64,000 nucleotides of DNA from the NCBI RefSeq assembly GCF_009914755.1, contig NC_060928.1; one strand, 5' to 3'. The notes under the pieces are model-generated. The model was not told where the DNA came from, ran no database searches, and saw nothing but the letters and a program-made list of their open reading frames with translations. This document shows, piece by piece, positions 26,693 through 46,174 of this stretch. The first letter of the stretch is position 1. Each line of letters begins with the position of its first letter. Origin of the DNA: the human T2T-CHM13v2.0 reference genome, Homo sapiens. Both the position numbers and the translations under genes were made by a program.

Positions 26693-29600
26693 GAGAGCCA
26701 GACTTCTATAATTTGGGTCTTACTTGATTGTCTTATGTTTGTTTTGTATTTTCTAAGACAGTTGGCTATTACCAGTTTGCTCCAAAACTCATATCAAAAA
26801 AATGGTTTAACGGGCTTTGTGATGCTTGTATGTGCTCTGGCTGTTCATAGGTGTCCCAGAGTTCCCATGTATTTAGCTTATTTTTATATAGCACTACTCC
26901 CTATTGATTTGCATCAAAGAAGGGTTTATTATGCAGGAGTATGGTTTATTATGTTGCTGATGCATCATATTTAAGCAGCTATGAAAATTAACTGCAGTGC
27001 ATGCTCAGCAGCTAATTTTCAAACTCATAGCTTTTGGGGATATGCTCGTCACCCATATATTTAAAAGGCAAAAAGATTTAGGCAGTTTATTGCCGACCTT
27101 TAATGATATTTTGTGAATGTTTTTATGATGCCATTAAACTAGTTTGTAAATAGTAGATTTAATGCTGAAACTCTGTTGGCTGCACCTTCAGGGCAGAGAA
27201 AAACACATTATATACAGAGTAAGGAGCTGAGACTAACAAAATGCCACTGGTGCACGATTGCCTTTCAGACATCACAGAATCAGAAGAAAGTGTAGTTAAC
27301 TGCAAATATGTGGAAGTATTTAGAGATACAGACATTTTTGATTGGAACATACATATCTCTGAAGTTTAATAATGTATGATGCTTCAAGCAGAACACGACG
27401 TAACTCTCTCTCCAGGATCTGTCTCTCCAGTTTTCCTGTCTTTACTGCTTTTCATCATCTTCACCACACCTATTTTATAATGAGATTAAGTAACTACCCA
27501 ATGAGGTGACAGAGAACTAGTTTAATGCAGAGACCAACTGTTTCAGACTTGCTGATTTCTATAATTCATGTAACAAGTTAGTTATTTCCACGTTATGTTA
27601 AAATGTCCTTCGTTAATTGCCTTTACACAAACATGGCAGTTGGAAGTTAGTTAGAAAAAGGCTTGCAAAACATGGAAACATCATTATTATTTGAGTGTAA
27701 TGAGTACTCAAATATTGAGTCGTATGAGTAGTATGGTGTATAAGTTGCCATCTACTTAGTTTCTAGATGACAGATGTTAAATTGAAATCTTGGTGTTCAA
27801 AACTTGAACATTCTTCTTTTCTATGGTTCCTGACCTGACTACTAATAAGCAATTGTTAACCAAAAAACTAGAGGGATGATAAATTGATATACTGAAAGAA
27901 AGCATGCTGGCAGCACCTTCCATTATTAACTAAGCAAGTCTATTTGCTTCCTCTGTGCTCGCTGCTTTTCATCAAAGGAAAGTTTAGACTAAATTTTATA
28001 ACTTTATCACATGGCTTAGTTTACTATCTTTGGAGAAATCTTTAGAAATATGGATTTACATGTATATGTTCATTAATGTCTCTATGTATAACTTCAATTA
28101 ATTAGTAGGTATCTTAAAATACCTTTTTCTGATATTCTGATTATACTGCAAAGTTAGTATTATTGTTATTCTGAATTGTATAGGCAACCAATACTGAGTA
28201 TTCTTAAAATGTCCATTTAGAATTGTGGCAATTAAGTGGAAAATACTTTGTTTAAACAGATACAACAAACTGTTCCTGACAGTGATATGACATAACACAC
28301 ACCTAGTAGCATGTTGTTATCTTTTAGCTGATCTGAGACTAAAGAAGTATTGCTAACTTCAATGAATTTTGACCCTGATTTTGCACCAGTAGAGGATATA
28401 GTTGTGGTTGTTGTTTCATAAGCAAATCTATATAGTCCCCACGTGCAAGAGATGCTAAGAGGCAGAACCAAACATCTCTCTATATATTAAGCTCCACATG
28501 TGTCTAATAGACTAAGGTTAAAAACTGTAGCAGTGGATATCCCTGTCCCTCAAGGATTTAAAATAATTTGAGAATACCATGATATTTAAAGAGAAATACA
28601 AAGTATGCTTATTGTCTGAGTTCTCTACAAAGACATAGTGTAACATTTGATTCAGAACAGAACTTCTTGTTAGCAGTCAGGCATGACTTGACCTGTGAAC
28701 CTAACAATAAAATGAATAAATAAACAATCTAAGGCAATAAAATAACATTTTACCTTTATGCATACCTAATATAGGCAAAGATGTTGGGGAAAAGATATAT
28801 TTGTTCTTTATTGTATAAATAATCATTGTTTTCTCTTGAAAACAATCTGAAACTCTTCTGCTAAGAGATACTTAGTTGAAACTTGGCATGGCTTAGATAA
28901 TGACACAATGAGGGTGCTCCTTATATTGTAGACATAAATTACAAACTTTGGTAATTTATCCTTTAAAAAATTATTCAAGTAACACTTTACATTAAGCTTT
29001 GCTGTGACATGGCTAAACCCAAAGTTAAGAGGCTAGAAAGTGCATTATCACTCTCAGAAAGCCATAGAAAAGAGGGGGAATTAAAATAATGAGGGCAATA
29101 TTTCAATCTACAAAAGTTATCAATTTCAGGATGATTAATAGATTTTAAGAAATACAATGCAAATATAATTTTAAAAATAAATACTAATGATCCACTAGCT
29201 ATTTTATGTATAGCATATATTAACTGCTTGTTTCTGAGCTAAAAATTACTAGTGAACTATCAAAATTTATATGCAGATTGCTCTGATACTTCTAGAATAG
29301 CAAAGTGGACTAAGTGCTAAATACAGAGACCGTACTTTTATAGCCTTGCCTCTAAGTGATATAATGCTATTTTATATTGGGCATATCTTTAAGTGTGGTG
29401 ATGATTTTTAGATGATGTTTAGCTTTACATGATATACTGCAGGTATGCAGCAACTCCTCTAATTGATGAATCTTATTTATAAGTTGAAATATTTCTTACA
29501 AATAAATCTGAATTTACCTGAATCCACACAGTGCTTCAGCCAGTCAGCATCAACTATTTGGATGTGGCTTGGACAATGAAAACTATTTGTAATTTAAGAT

Positions 29601-30677
29601 GAGATTATTCTTAAAATCCCTTCCATTTGTAATATCCTGGGATTTCTAAGTGTCCTTTGATGCCTAAAAACCTCTTCTCCAATCTTGTATAGGTTCCAGT
29701 TTTGAAGGGTGAATCATTAATCTTGGCCCGGATTTGGATATTTTAATTTGAATGGCATTTATATACTAGCACTGTTGTCACCTATTCTTATCAGATCTTC
29801 AGTTTCATGGCAAAACACATAATTTTTTTTACATACTGGAGCAAAACTGTTTTGTGGTTCAAAAGAAACTGAATGTTTAAAGTGCTCATCTTTTTTTCTC
29901 TTCTTCAGTACAACCAGTCTTATCTGCCTAGTGGCTCCTCATCCAACCTCCCAATTCCGCAGGATTGGGTTATCTAAAGAGACCATTCAATACCAATATC
30001 TAAATATTGGTTATTTAGATAACCAATAATTGGGTTATCTAAAGAGACCTGCAATAGCAGGACAGTAAACTCACTCCTGACTTTCCAGGAGACTTTTCTA
30101 GCATAAATTCTTCATAAAAGGTTAGCCATTTCACTGAGTGAATATTTTTTAAATTACAAAAACCCTTATTTTTTTAGTTTAAAAAATTGTTGAAGTAATT
30201 TCCTTGTAGTTGATCAGACTGAAATGAGTTATTACATTTAAGAAAGAGAGTGCAGCTCAGATAGCACAAGAGGGACTAGAACAAAACTATGAGCCATGAA
30301 GTTTCTTAGAACTTCCTCAGCACCCCAGAAGGGCCCCGAACATTACTTAAATTACAGTACTTTAAGAATGTTTACATAATTTTCTAAATAAATAGCTTAT
30401 TTCAATAGTTTTAATTTTTGTTTCAATATATCTAATGCAGATTGTACAAAACGAAGAAACTTTGAGCCTACATCCCACTTCTAAACAAATCTGGAGATAA
30501 TTTTAAAATGTTCATATTATAGTAGACTTTCTGACATATATCAATGGTGCTGGATACTCTTAAGCAATAAAGTATAATCTTTCTGGCAGCATATATTCTT
30601 GTTGAGTAACAAATTATCTTAATTTAAAGGGAACACGTGATCTCTGCTCAATTTAACAATTTAAAATAAAAAAAAGT

Positions 30678-30772
30678 TTTTTATAGGAATGCAACTGATT
30701 TTTATTAGTTGATTTTGTATTCTACAATTTAATTGAATTTGTATATTACCTCTAATAATTTTTGGTGAAGTA
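30678..30772 (-). mobile_element. Short L1 ORF2 fragment
   Basis: TATAGGAATGCAACTGATTTTT..TTGATTTTGTATTC is homologous to the L1 segments at 38891 and 60337 in this window. Confidence 0.7.
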
Positions 30773-31364
30773 CCCCGGCTATCACTATTCAATATTTTGT
30801 TAAAAATCTAGAAATAAAGTATTAAACGAAAATAGTTTCACAGCTAATAAATTGTCTACCATAGCTTAAAAATCTATTGTTATCATTAGCAGTGCTTTTG
30901 AAGTTTTCCTCTGGTTAAGGTGACTGTGCTACGTATTCTTTCACAAGCATGCAAGTTAAGCCACGAGTCTAAAGAGAAGTTTTTCAAATGGAAGTTCTAC
31001 AAAAGTGAATTTTGTCTCAGTTCACAAAAATATCAAAGACAGGAAAACAGATAAAAGCAAGAAGGATGTAACTGGTTCTCACCAAATATCATTTTTAATA
31101 AATGGCATTTTATATAATGTATTATAATGTGTAAGGTATATATGTGCATATAAGACTATCTAAATGATCGTCTGTAAGTATCGTGCTAAAATACTTTTTC
31201 CATAATGAATATCACTTTATTATTTGGTAACTAATAGAGACAACAATTCAGCAGTCATTTTCAAAAATCTCCTTCAGCCTGGTTTGTTATACTGATTCTT
31301 TTTATTATAAAACAAATATTTCTATGAAAATTTTAACATAATTTTGATAGATGAAATTTGATAG

Positions 31365-31776
31365 TGTTAACATTCATAACGTGTCATTATTTTGGACTAG
31401 CCTTCCATATTGGGTCCCAACTGACCAGATCAAATGAAGCAAATTATGCTTAGTGCCATTTGATCAAACTGAACTTGAAAATGGGTCAGTTTTTCTACAA
31501 AAACAGAAAACTTTAGTCACTCTGAGTTAGCATAGTAAGGAAGTCTCCTCTGTTTTAAGCCTGTAAAGCAAGTAACTTTTAAATAACCAATCCATTTTTT
31601 GTTCTTTGATTTTGCTTTCTTTAGCCCTTTTCTGCCTATAAAACCAAACTTCTCTTTTCAGTTTAATGGGATACTCATGTCATTTTATAGTAAGAGGTGT
31701 TGCCTAATTCTAAAATTACAAATAAAAGCCAACTCAATCTTTAAATTAATTTTTTTTGTAATTTTGTCTTTTACCA
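31365..31776 (+). mobile_element. LTR37A-type ERV1 solo LTR
   Basis: TGTTAA start; TAAGGAAGTCTCCTCTGTTTTAA; GCCTATAAAA; CAAATAAAAGCCAA; end TGTCTTTTACCA. Perfect 4-bp TSD ATAG at 31361-31364 and 31777-31780. Confidence 0.88.
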
Positions 31777-34667
31777 ATAGGTTTACATGTGTATTGTAGA
31801 GTCATATTTTAAATAATGATAATATTTGTGACTGTACATGTATGAGCACTTTGGAAATACATACAATCTTATATGGTGTTTTAAAAATTAAATGTACTGC
31901 ATAGAGTACATACATTTTGAAAACATAACTTGAGTAAAATTTGTTCACTTTTTATAGAAAATGTAATTCCAGCTCCATCTTGTGGTTTATAATTTGTTTT
32001 CTAAAATGATGCATTATTATGATTACATTTTATTCCTATTTCTGTATCTATTCATTAATTGAATGTCTAATGGATACTTGCAGTTCTATATACTTAAGTT
32101 ATATACCTTTTTCTCTATAACATACTAAATATACTTTCAATTTTAAAAGTCTCACAAAATATTTACTACTTAAAATATTTACACAAATTATCTACAAACA
32201 TATACAAAAGTAAAACAAGTATTCATGTTATACTAATCAATACTGTAAGCCCCCTTGAAGTATAGTCTGAAATGTCTAACCAACATAGGACTTACATTTA
32301 TTTAGAACTTTTAAAAGTACAATATCAGTATAACATTACTTCTTTCAAAAATATTTTTATTTGTTTTCTGAATCACAATACCTATATCACATATCCTAGA
32401 AAAATTAGAGACTACTTTACCTGAATAGTCTAGGTAAATTAAGAGTTTTACATTTCAAATATGCACTCTGGTTTTTTTTTGTACTCTGCAATGAAATGCA
32501 TTTAATGTGGCATAGCTATTTAATAGTGTGGTTAGCCATTCACAACTGGATTAATCTTTGAGCAATTTTTAAATTAACCAGTATTTATGAAGTGCCTATT
32601 TTAGTAAAAATATAAATTATGCTTCTTTAGATATTAATTTAATTAATATTTACACTGATTTCAGGTCTAAAATCTCATGAGTTTTTTAATGATACAATTT
32701 AGTATGTCTTATTTGAATTTCAACCTGTTTATTTCACTAATTTCATTAGTGAAACTGTATGCCTAGACAATAAATAGCCAATCAGAACACAAGATTAGTC
32801 CTGCAACTATACTCTTGAATTCAGAAGGGACAATATATGATTCATGAAACATTTTTATTTAGTTTTAATAATTTATACACAGTCATGTAGTCGTCTGGCT
32901 ATAATAATCAGAAGTAAAAATGGAGTATGACAGAAAGAATCAATCTATGAACTGTTGTGTTTGTCATGAAAATAATTTGCATGTGGGATAGATATAACAA
33001 TAGTCTAAGATCTATTTTCCCTTTTATCTACAGTTTTTTCCATGTAGTATGTTATACTTCTTGTATGTGCAATGATAAATTATTTCTAACTTTATGACAG
33101 TTTAAATACCAATGAAAGTGAAAGAATAATTTACATCTTACTAAATAAATTTTAAGATAAATTCAGTTATCCAACCATAAACAGAACAGGGCTTTACAAG
33201 TTAAATGTAAATATACATGTACAAATGCAAAAATAAGAAAATATTCTTTAATAAGTCAAAAAAATAGGCAACTTAATCACCTCTTAAAGTATTTTAGGAG
33301 AAAACATATGAGAGATTAGGAAGCTTCTTTTAGCTCTTTCTTGATATGCTTTTTGATATCGTGGTCACAGAAAAGGCATCCTGGCTCATAAAAACTTTTG
33401 GTTAAATAAAACTTACTTGATATAGATTATTGATTCTCAAAAATGTACAATAAATTCAAGCATAATGACATATAATAAAATGTATATAGATTATAATAAA
33501 TATAAACAGAATTTTCTTCCTGGCATAGATTATTTTCTGGCACCTTGATCCTCACCTCATTTCCTCATCTCATGACTTTCAGCAAGAAGGCCTTACTACA
33601 TAAATTGCCTTTAAGCCAGAGGTTTTGGTCAGATATACAATACACTACAAAACTGGACAAACTAATCCTATGTTTCTTTATTATTATGGATTGGAAAAAA
33701 GACTATGACCTGGGTTCCTTTCTTAGCTAAAAGAGAATTATGGAAAATCATAGAGTTGCTTGGATCCATGTTTCTTGCATTGTATATTAAAGTAGCATAG
33801 GAAAAACACCTCTATTGGGGACAGTAAATGGATGGGAACAGAAGAAATGAAGAAAGTCCTCAGGCCATGGAAGTTCCCATTTCTAGTTTTTACTCAGACC
33901 CTACAATATATCTACACTTGCATTTGATAAAAAATTGCTATATTTTCATAATGGTGGTTCCTTTTTGCTTATGCCAATTTAAACTGCATTTTAGTCAGTC
34001 AAAGTCACCTAACAAACAATGCTAAATTATATTTAATGCAATATTTCAGAAGGCACTTCGAGGCTGCAAAGTGTTAAACCGCCATTAACTGAAGTTTTAA
34101 AAATGCAATGTGTACATCATATTCAGGTACTAGAAATTTTTTTCATAATTTACCATTTTATATTAAACTTCTTTCTCAATATTGATATATAATCCCCTCA
34201 GAAGCACAATGTGCCATATTTGAGAAGTTTGTAACTACAGGCACACACACACAAATATGAATGTATTTGTATAATAGCTCAGAAAACGGTAAGAACAAAC
34301 ATAGTTGTTACTCTATCGATGTTTTCAGTCCTCAAAGTGATGCGTTACATTTCTTACATAGCAAATATTATTATGAAATTTTAAAGTCAACATAAAGGGA
34401 TCCGGAACATAAACGTAAGATGTTTGCCAAGATATAAGGCACAATTTTTGTTTACTCATTAATGTGATCAAAATTTAGATGTTAATCTTTGGAAGGTCCA
34501 TATTTGTCAAAAATATTTTGATTAATAAAAGTTTTGAATCTATAGATGCATGCCTTCACTTGTCTATGAGCTTCTCCCCTCATTCTCAGCATAAGAAATA
34601 AACCAATTCCTCATCTGTAAATTTCCATTACTGATTATAATGTAACACACAAGATACCGCATACTCC

Positions 34668-34875
34668 AGCACTGTGCATTTTGAAGTAAAACAGACATGA
34701 AGTGGAATCTTGGATAGACCATATATCTGATGTGTGTATTTGTACAACTTATTTATCTCTAAACCTCTTCTATTTTTTCATCTATAAAATATCAATAAAC
34801 TTTACTTTTATGCTAAAATGAAAGACTTGATATAAAGCCTTCAATTCATTGTCTAGGTCATAATAGATGTTGAAT
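34668..34875 (+). mobile_element. MIR SINE relic
   Basis: TTTGAAGTAAAACAGAC..CAACTTATTTATCTCTAAACCTC..TCATCTATAAAAT (MIR core)..GATATAAAGC..TCTAGG..TAATAGATGTT. Confidence 0.6.
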
Positions 34876-35559
34876 TTAAAAGGGGTAGCTTTTAGTCTTC
34901 TTTTTATTTTTAATAATTATGTTCAATGTTTCTGTAAATGAAATTGTGAAGTACTTTTATAAATAAAAAGAAATCTGAAAAAGATTTATATGACTTCCGC
35001 TGAATTTAATTAAGCTAAATACTTGCAAACAGTTTTAAAAGCAAAAGAAAAAAATGCTTATTTAAACTATAAAAATCTCAATAGTATTATCTAATCTCGT
35101 AATTGGAGACTTTATGAGGTTTTTGTACTAACATGTAATTTTAACATCTTTCTCTAAGGATAACCATATTCAAACTAACTTTCTAAGCTATTTAGTATGT
35201 AAGTAGAAAATACATGTACAAATTCAAATTCAGAAAATAGCAATTAATAAAATCATTTCCTGCCTTTTATGATTCTATCTGCTTCACTTTTATCCTACAT
35301 CATCTACCCCACAGAATGGCAAAGATCACTCTCTAAGAATTCTTTGAAACTGATAATGTACCAAATTCTGTAATTGGTTGAAAAGGTGGGAATTTCAAAA
35401 TAACAACACAGTACGTCGACTACATGGTTAATAGTTTTTATGTTATGACACTCCTAATCCTTACATCTTCATATATTATCTTTGTGTGTGTGGGTATTTT
35501 CCTTTAATAATGACAAATATTATGGCTTTTTAAAAAAAATTCTCAGACGTGCAAATCTA

Positions 35560-35852
35560 GTTCCATCATATTTTGCATCGTATGCTTCAAAAACAGTTGC
35601 TTACTCTTTTTGTCAGTCAAAACTAAATGTCATCTTTTCAAAGGGGACTCCTCCAAAACCTCAGCCTCCCAAGATCTTGTTATTATGTTGCTAATTGCCT
35701 ATTACCCTTTCTTAATTCTCTGCATCATAGTTACTAGTATATAATATTTTTATGTATTTATTTATTTGACTGAAATGCACATTCCTTTTATTAATCAAAT
35801 ATTAAAGGCCAGGAATGTGAATGGATATGTCAATGAATGTATGAATGAATGA
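35560..35852 (+). mobile_element. L2 3' end relic
   Basis: Degenerate L2-like sequence ending in a TGAATGTATGAATGAATGAA tail. Confidence 0.4.
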
Positions 35853-36760
35853 AAGAATTTCTACAAGTGTCAGATTTTTTTTAAATGTTATCCAAATTCC
35901 AACACTAATAAATATAAAAATTTTGCTTTGTACCCATGTGTCTGACTACAAAATGTGAACATTCTTCTAACTTATTTTTTTCTCATTTTAACACTCTAGT
36001 CAATATTGCATACCACTGCTATTTTTCAGAAAATATGATCTGATTGTGACTAGCCTAATTTAAAACACCGATTTTGATACTTTTCTGCCCCCATGTTGCT
36101 TATTTAATAAAGTTAAAGTACCCTAGAATGGCTGATCAACAATATCTACAATCTAAAATCCAGTCACATTTCTAACCCTAACTCATAATGTAACTTTAGG
36201 CTGTATTTTTACATAGCTATTCCTTGATTTCTGAAAATAAATATGTACCTATTTAATTAACTTATTTCTACATTATATTAATCTTGCAGGAAATGCTCTT
36301 TTCTTTACTGTCTTATTCATTTTGTCCACTTAATAAGCTCTTCTTATTTTTCAAGAGTGACAGAACAGACATTCCTGGACCACTCAAGAATACTTCCTTT
36401 CTCTTCTCCATTTAGTTTCATGTATGGTTAACAGGACAATAGACATTGTGAAATAATTTTCTACTTTAGTAACATCTTTTCTATTTCTTCCCCTTAAGGT
36501 AAAGAGTACCTCTTTTAAAAACAAAAATATTTTCTTCAATTAACATCAGTTGACAAAGAAAAGAATTCTCACAATTCAACAAATATTTAGTGAATCAAAA
36601 TGAATTTTCTAGTCCTTCTACCTGCAATAAAATAAAATTTTTCCTAAGAGATAACATGAAGAAACAAGATTTATGTTTTTTATGCTTTACTTATATGCTT
36701 ATATTTCTAAGCATATCAATTTTTGCTTAGACAACAAGTATTTATTGAAGATTAACTTTT

Positions 36761-42516
<5,756 letters not shown>

Positions 42517-42689
42517 GAGGATTAACTCTTTAATGCTAGTTCCGTTGCCTAAGCATTAGCCTTCATGAAAATGTGATATGCAAAAACAGCCTTGAAAAGG
42601 GTAACTGGAATTTAAAATATGAGAAAAATCCTGAAAGAAAACCCAATAAAATAATCTGTAAATTCAAAATGTATTATATAATGTGTAAT

Positions 42690-43200
42690 TTGAGTACTTA
42701 CACACTAATTCATTAAAAAATAAATATACGTATAATATTTATAAATATATATCGCAGATGAATAAATATAATGCATGTTTGTGTTTTTATGTGCGTGTAT
42801 TTCATACACATTTAAGAAAATGTATACATAAAACAATATTTTGGGGTGTATATATGTATATGTTTTATATTCTGTCATTTACTTAGAAAACTAGAAAATA
42901 TTAGAAGATTCAAATCCAAAAAAGTTTGCATAAATAAATGTTTGAATATTTTAAAATATATTTTTTTACCAAATGTAGAATAAGATCATTATAGGTTTTT
43001 ATTTTTATTATAATTTTTGTTTCTATTTCAATATGAAGTGCTTAGAACTATATTAAAGAGGAAATATTTTAATAATCCTGATTGTAGCTTTTTCTTATAT
43101 GTTAAATATTTTATAATATTTATGTTATATGTTAAAATATTTTATAATAAATATTCTATAAATGACTATTAGTATTAATTAAGAAATTATACTTTAACAA
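42690..43200. repeat. AT-rich low-complexity region
   Basis: TA-rich tracts. TTATATGTTAAA(A)TATTTTATAATA occurs twice (43095-43118, 43125-43149). Confidence 0.7.
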
Positions 43201-44599
43201 TTTTAAGGTTTTATGTATCGTAACATAATAGTTGAATCTGAGAAATAACATTATAATGGGGAAACTAAAGTGGATATTCATTAAATGTGATCACTGGATA
43301 TGCCAAAAGTTTTATATAGTTTGGCTCTGAAATCTCAAATTAAGAAACACGGTACAAGCATAAAATGTCATGACTAAGTTATTGCCTTAATGAGACAAAT
43401 TATGATAGATATAAAGAAAATATTTTGTTCTTCCTTTAGGGATAGCTAACCTTTCAGCTTGATTTTCATATATTCAATGTGACCAATTAGAAGTAAATGT
43501 CTGTGGACCCTGTTAAAATAAGCTATTATATTACATGTACAAAATCTCTCTGCTTTACAATGAGCCCCAGAGGAGTGATTGACAGTCCACAGAAACCAAT
43601 TTATAAGGATTACAGAAATACTAATTTTGGGTATGACAGAAGGTAGGACATTTCGACAAAGCAGCAAATCTCAGTCCTGGTGTCCTAGCATTTAGGCGGC
43701 TAAATGTAGGCAATTTGATTTAAACCCTGCTTTTAACATGATGAATATACTGAAACCAAATTCTGGAGTCACAGTATAAGCGACTGGAAAAATATGAACT
43801 AATATAATGAGTAAATTGAATTTGTCTAGAAACAATTAAATTATTTATATTCTTAAAAAAAGTACATTAGGTGACATATTTCTTACAGGTTTTTATGATA
43901 TCTCTAAGTATTTATTGTATGGTATATTTCATATTATCGCATTTCTCTTTTTGAGCTCTTTTAAAATTATTTAAATTCCAGAATAACCAGTAACAAAGAA
44001 GGCATTGTAAAAACCTTTATCAGAAATATCAATTGCACTTTTATACCAATTGGAATTAGTAATATTGACAATAGCCGATGAATTCTTTGATGACTTGATG
44101 AGCAATTCTCATTTAGCTACCGAAAAATCTTCCACTGTTTCTGTTTCTCTGTTTATCATTCCTGGATTTAAACAGTAAATAAAATTATCTTTTTTCATTA
44201 GAATTCCTCTAAGGATAGAACTCAGCTGTAAAACAAAGAAGCACAAAAGAGAAAACCAAGCAAAATCAAAAGAAAAACCTTTTATCTTATCCCAGTTGCA
44301 AATCTTTCCTTTGTCTATCCCTTACTGTATTCTGCCTTTTCTTCCCCTTCTTTCCTAACATCTGGGAAGCTACAATACTGAAAACTCATTACCTCTTTAA
44401 TTTACACTTTTTGTGGAAGAGGAAGAGAAGCAGACAAATTATTTACAAAACAGTCAGAGATATTAATACTAGGGAGAAAAATTCTTCTTCTCAAGTGAAC
44501 CCATATCATTCCTTATGTCTTATTTTTTAATGAATTGACCTTGGAGACATCTCTTATTTCACACTAGAAAAAAAACTGAGGTGCTTTTAAATAATAAAT

Positions 44600-44735
44600 A
44601 GATATAATAAAATGCTCACGACTGGCTTCTCTGTCCAGAAATGCTGATTCAGTTGGTTTGGGGTGGACCTTCAGCATCAGCATTTTTTAAAAATCCCTGA
44701 ATATTTCTAATGGGTGAACAGATTTAATAATCATT
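44600..44735. mobile_element. MER5-type hAT MITE relic
   Basis: CCAGAAATGCTGATTCAGTTGGTTTGGGGTGG..GCATTTTTTAAAAATCCC..TTCTAATG resembles the MER5A core. Confidence 0.65.
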
Positions 44736-45218
44736 TCTTAATTGTTCATACAAAACATAGTTTTTAACTTAAACCTGCCCACACCCAACTCTCTTGTGCT
44801 TCTGTAGTTTGTCCTCAAAATTTTGTCCTCAAAATTTTACTAGTGTATCCCCTAAAAGCTTCTGAAAAAACAAGTTATCTTATCCTTTTCTTTATAAAAA
44901 GTATACTTTTATTTTAAAAGAGAGTAAATAATTTAACTTGCCATTAAATAATTTAATATTTTAATGCATATTTAACAGTAAAATTTTAATATAAACTATT
45001 GCCTCATTTTTCAATGAATCCAGTGCTATCTAAACAAGATGATTTGATGTGCACTAACATTCAATGAAAAATGCAATTTACAAACAATCTCTAATTTAAT
45101 CCTTTTCAATTATGCTTCACTAATAGATTATATCATGCTGACATATTGAAATACTGAAAGTCTTTCCTTGTATATCTTTTATATTTGTTATTATATCTAT
45201 GTAAACTTTAAATATAGA

Positions 45219-45593
45219 TTTCTAAAGCCTGAATATTTGTGTCCCACAAAATGTATATGTTGAAACTAATCCCCAGGATGATGATATTAAGACATGAGGC
45301 CTTTGGGAAAGTGATTAGATTGTGAAAGTGGAGGTTTTTATGAATGGGACTAGGGCCCTTATAAAAGATGCCTCAAAGAGCCTAGGCCTCAGAAAAGCCT
45401 AATCCTTTCCACAATATTAGGACACAGTGAAAAAGGCACAATCTGTAAATCAGGAAACATTCTCTTAGCAGACATAAAATCTGACAGCACCCTGAACTTG
45501 GATTTCCAAGCCTCCTGAACTGTGACAAATACATTTATGTTGTTTAGAAGCTTCCCAGTCAATGGTATTTCGTTACAGCAGTCTGAACAAAGA
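45219..45593 (+). mobile_element. MLT1A/MSTD-type MaLR solo LTR
   Basis: CTGAATATTTGTGTCCC..ATATGTTGAAAC..GGCCTTTGGGA..GCCCTTATAAAAGA..GGACACAG..GAACTGTGA..ATGGTATTTCGTTACAGCAG. Clearly homologous to 3534-3835. Confidence 0.87.
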
Positions 45594-45861
45594 AATATAT
45601 ATGTCTAAATTTTAAAAATAATTTTTTGTATTAGAGCTTATTACGACTTAATTATTCAACATATGATTAGTGTAAATTTAACCAAAATTATACAGATACT
45701 TAAAAATTTTTATAAATATTTTGTAAATAATATTTAATTAGAGATACTCCTCTTAGTGAGATTACTATAACTCATACAAAATTGGTTGTTGTGCTCATGG
45801 ATAAATATTACTTATACTGATTCAAGGAGGCAAAATTTATTATTTTTTTGTTCCTCCTTTT

Positions 45862-46174
45862 TTTTTTTGTTTTTGTTTTTGTTTTTGAGACAGAGTCTCA
45901 CTCTGTCACCCAGGCTGGAGTGCAGTGGCATGATCTCGGCTCACGGCAACCTCCATTTCCCGGGTACAAGAGATTCTCCTGCCTCAGCTTTTTGAGTGGC
46001 TGGGATTACAGGAGTGCACCACAATGCATGGCTGATGTTCATATTTTTAGTAGAGACAGGGTTTTGCCATGTTGGCCAGGCTCAGGCTGGTCTCAAATGC
46101 CTGATCTCAAGTTATCCACCTGCCTCAGCCTCCCAAAGTGCTGGGATTACAGGTGTGAGCCACTGCACCTGGCC
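45862..46174 (-). mobile_element. Alu SINE (AluSx/Sz-like)
   Basis: Full antisense Alu with (TTTTTG)n tail. TSD TGTTCCTC(C/A)TTTT on both sides. Confidence 0.97.

Noticed and set aside
44808-44838. 14-bp tandem duplication TTTGTCCTCAAAAT
   Set aside because: Real, but an ordinary slippage duplication with no further structure.
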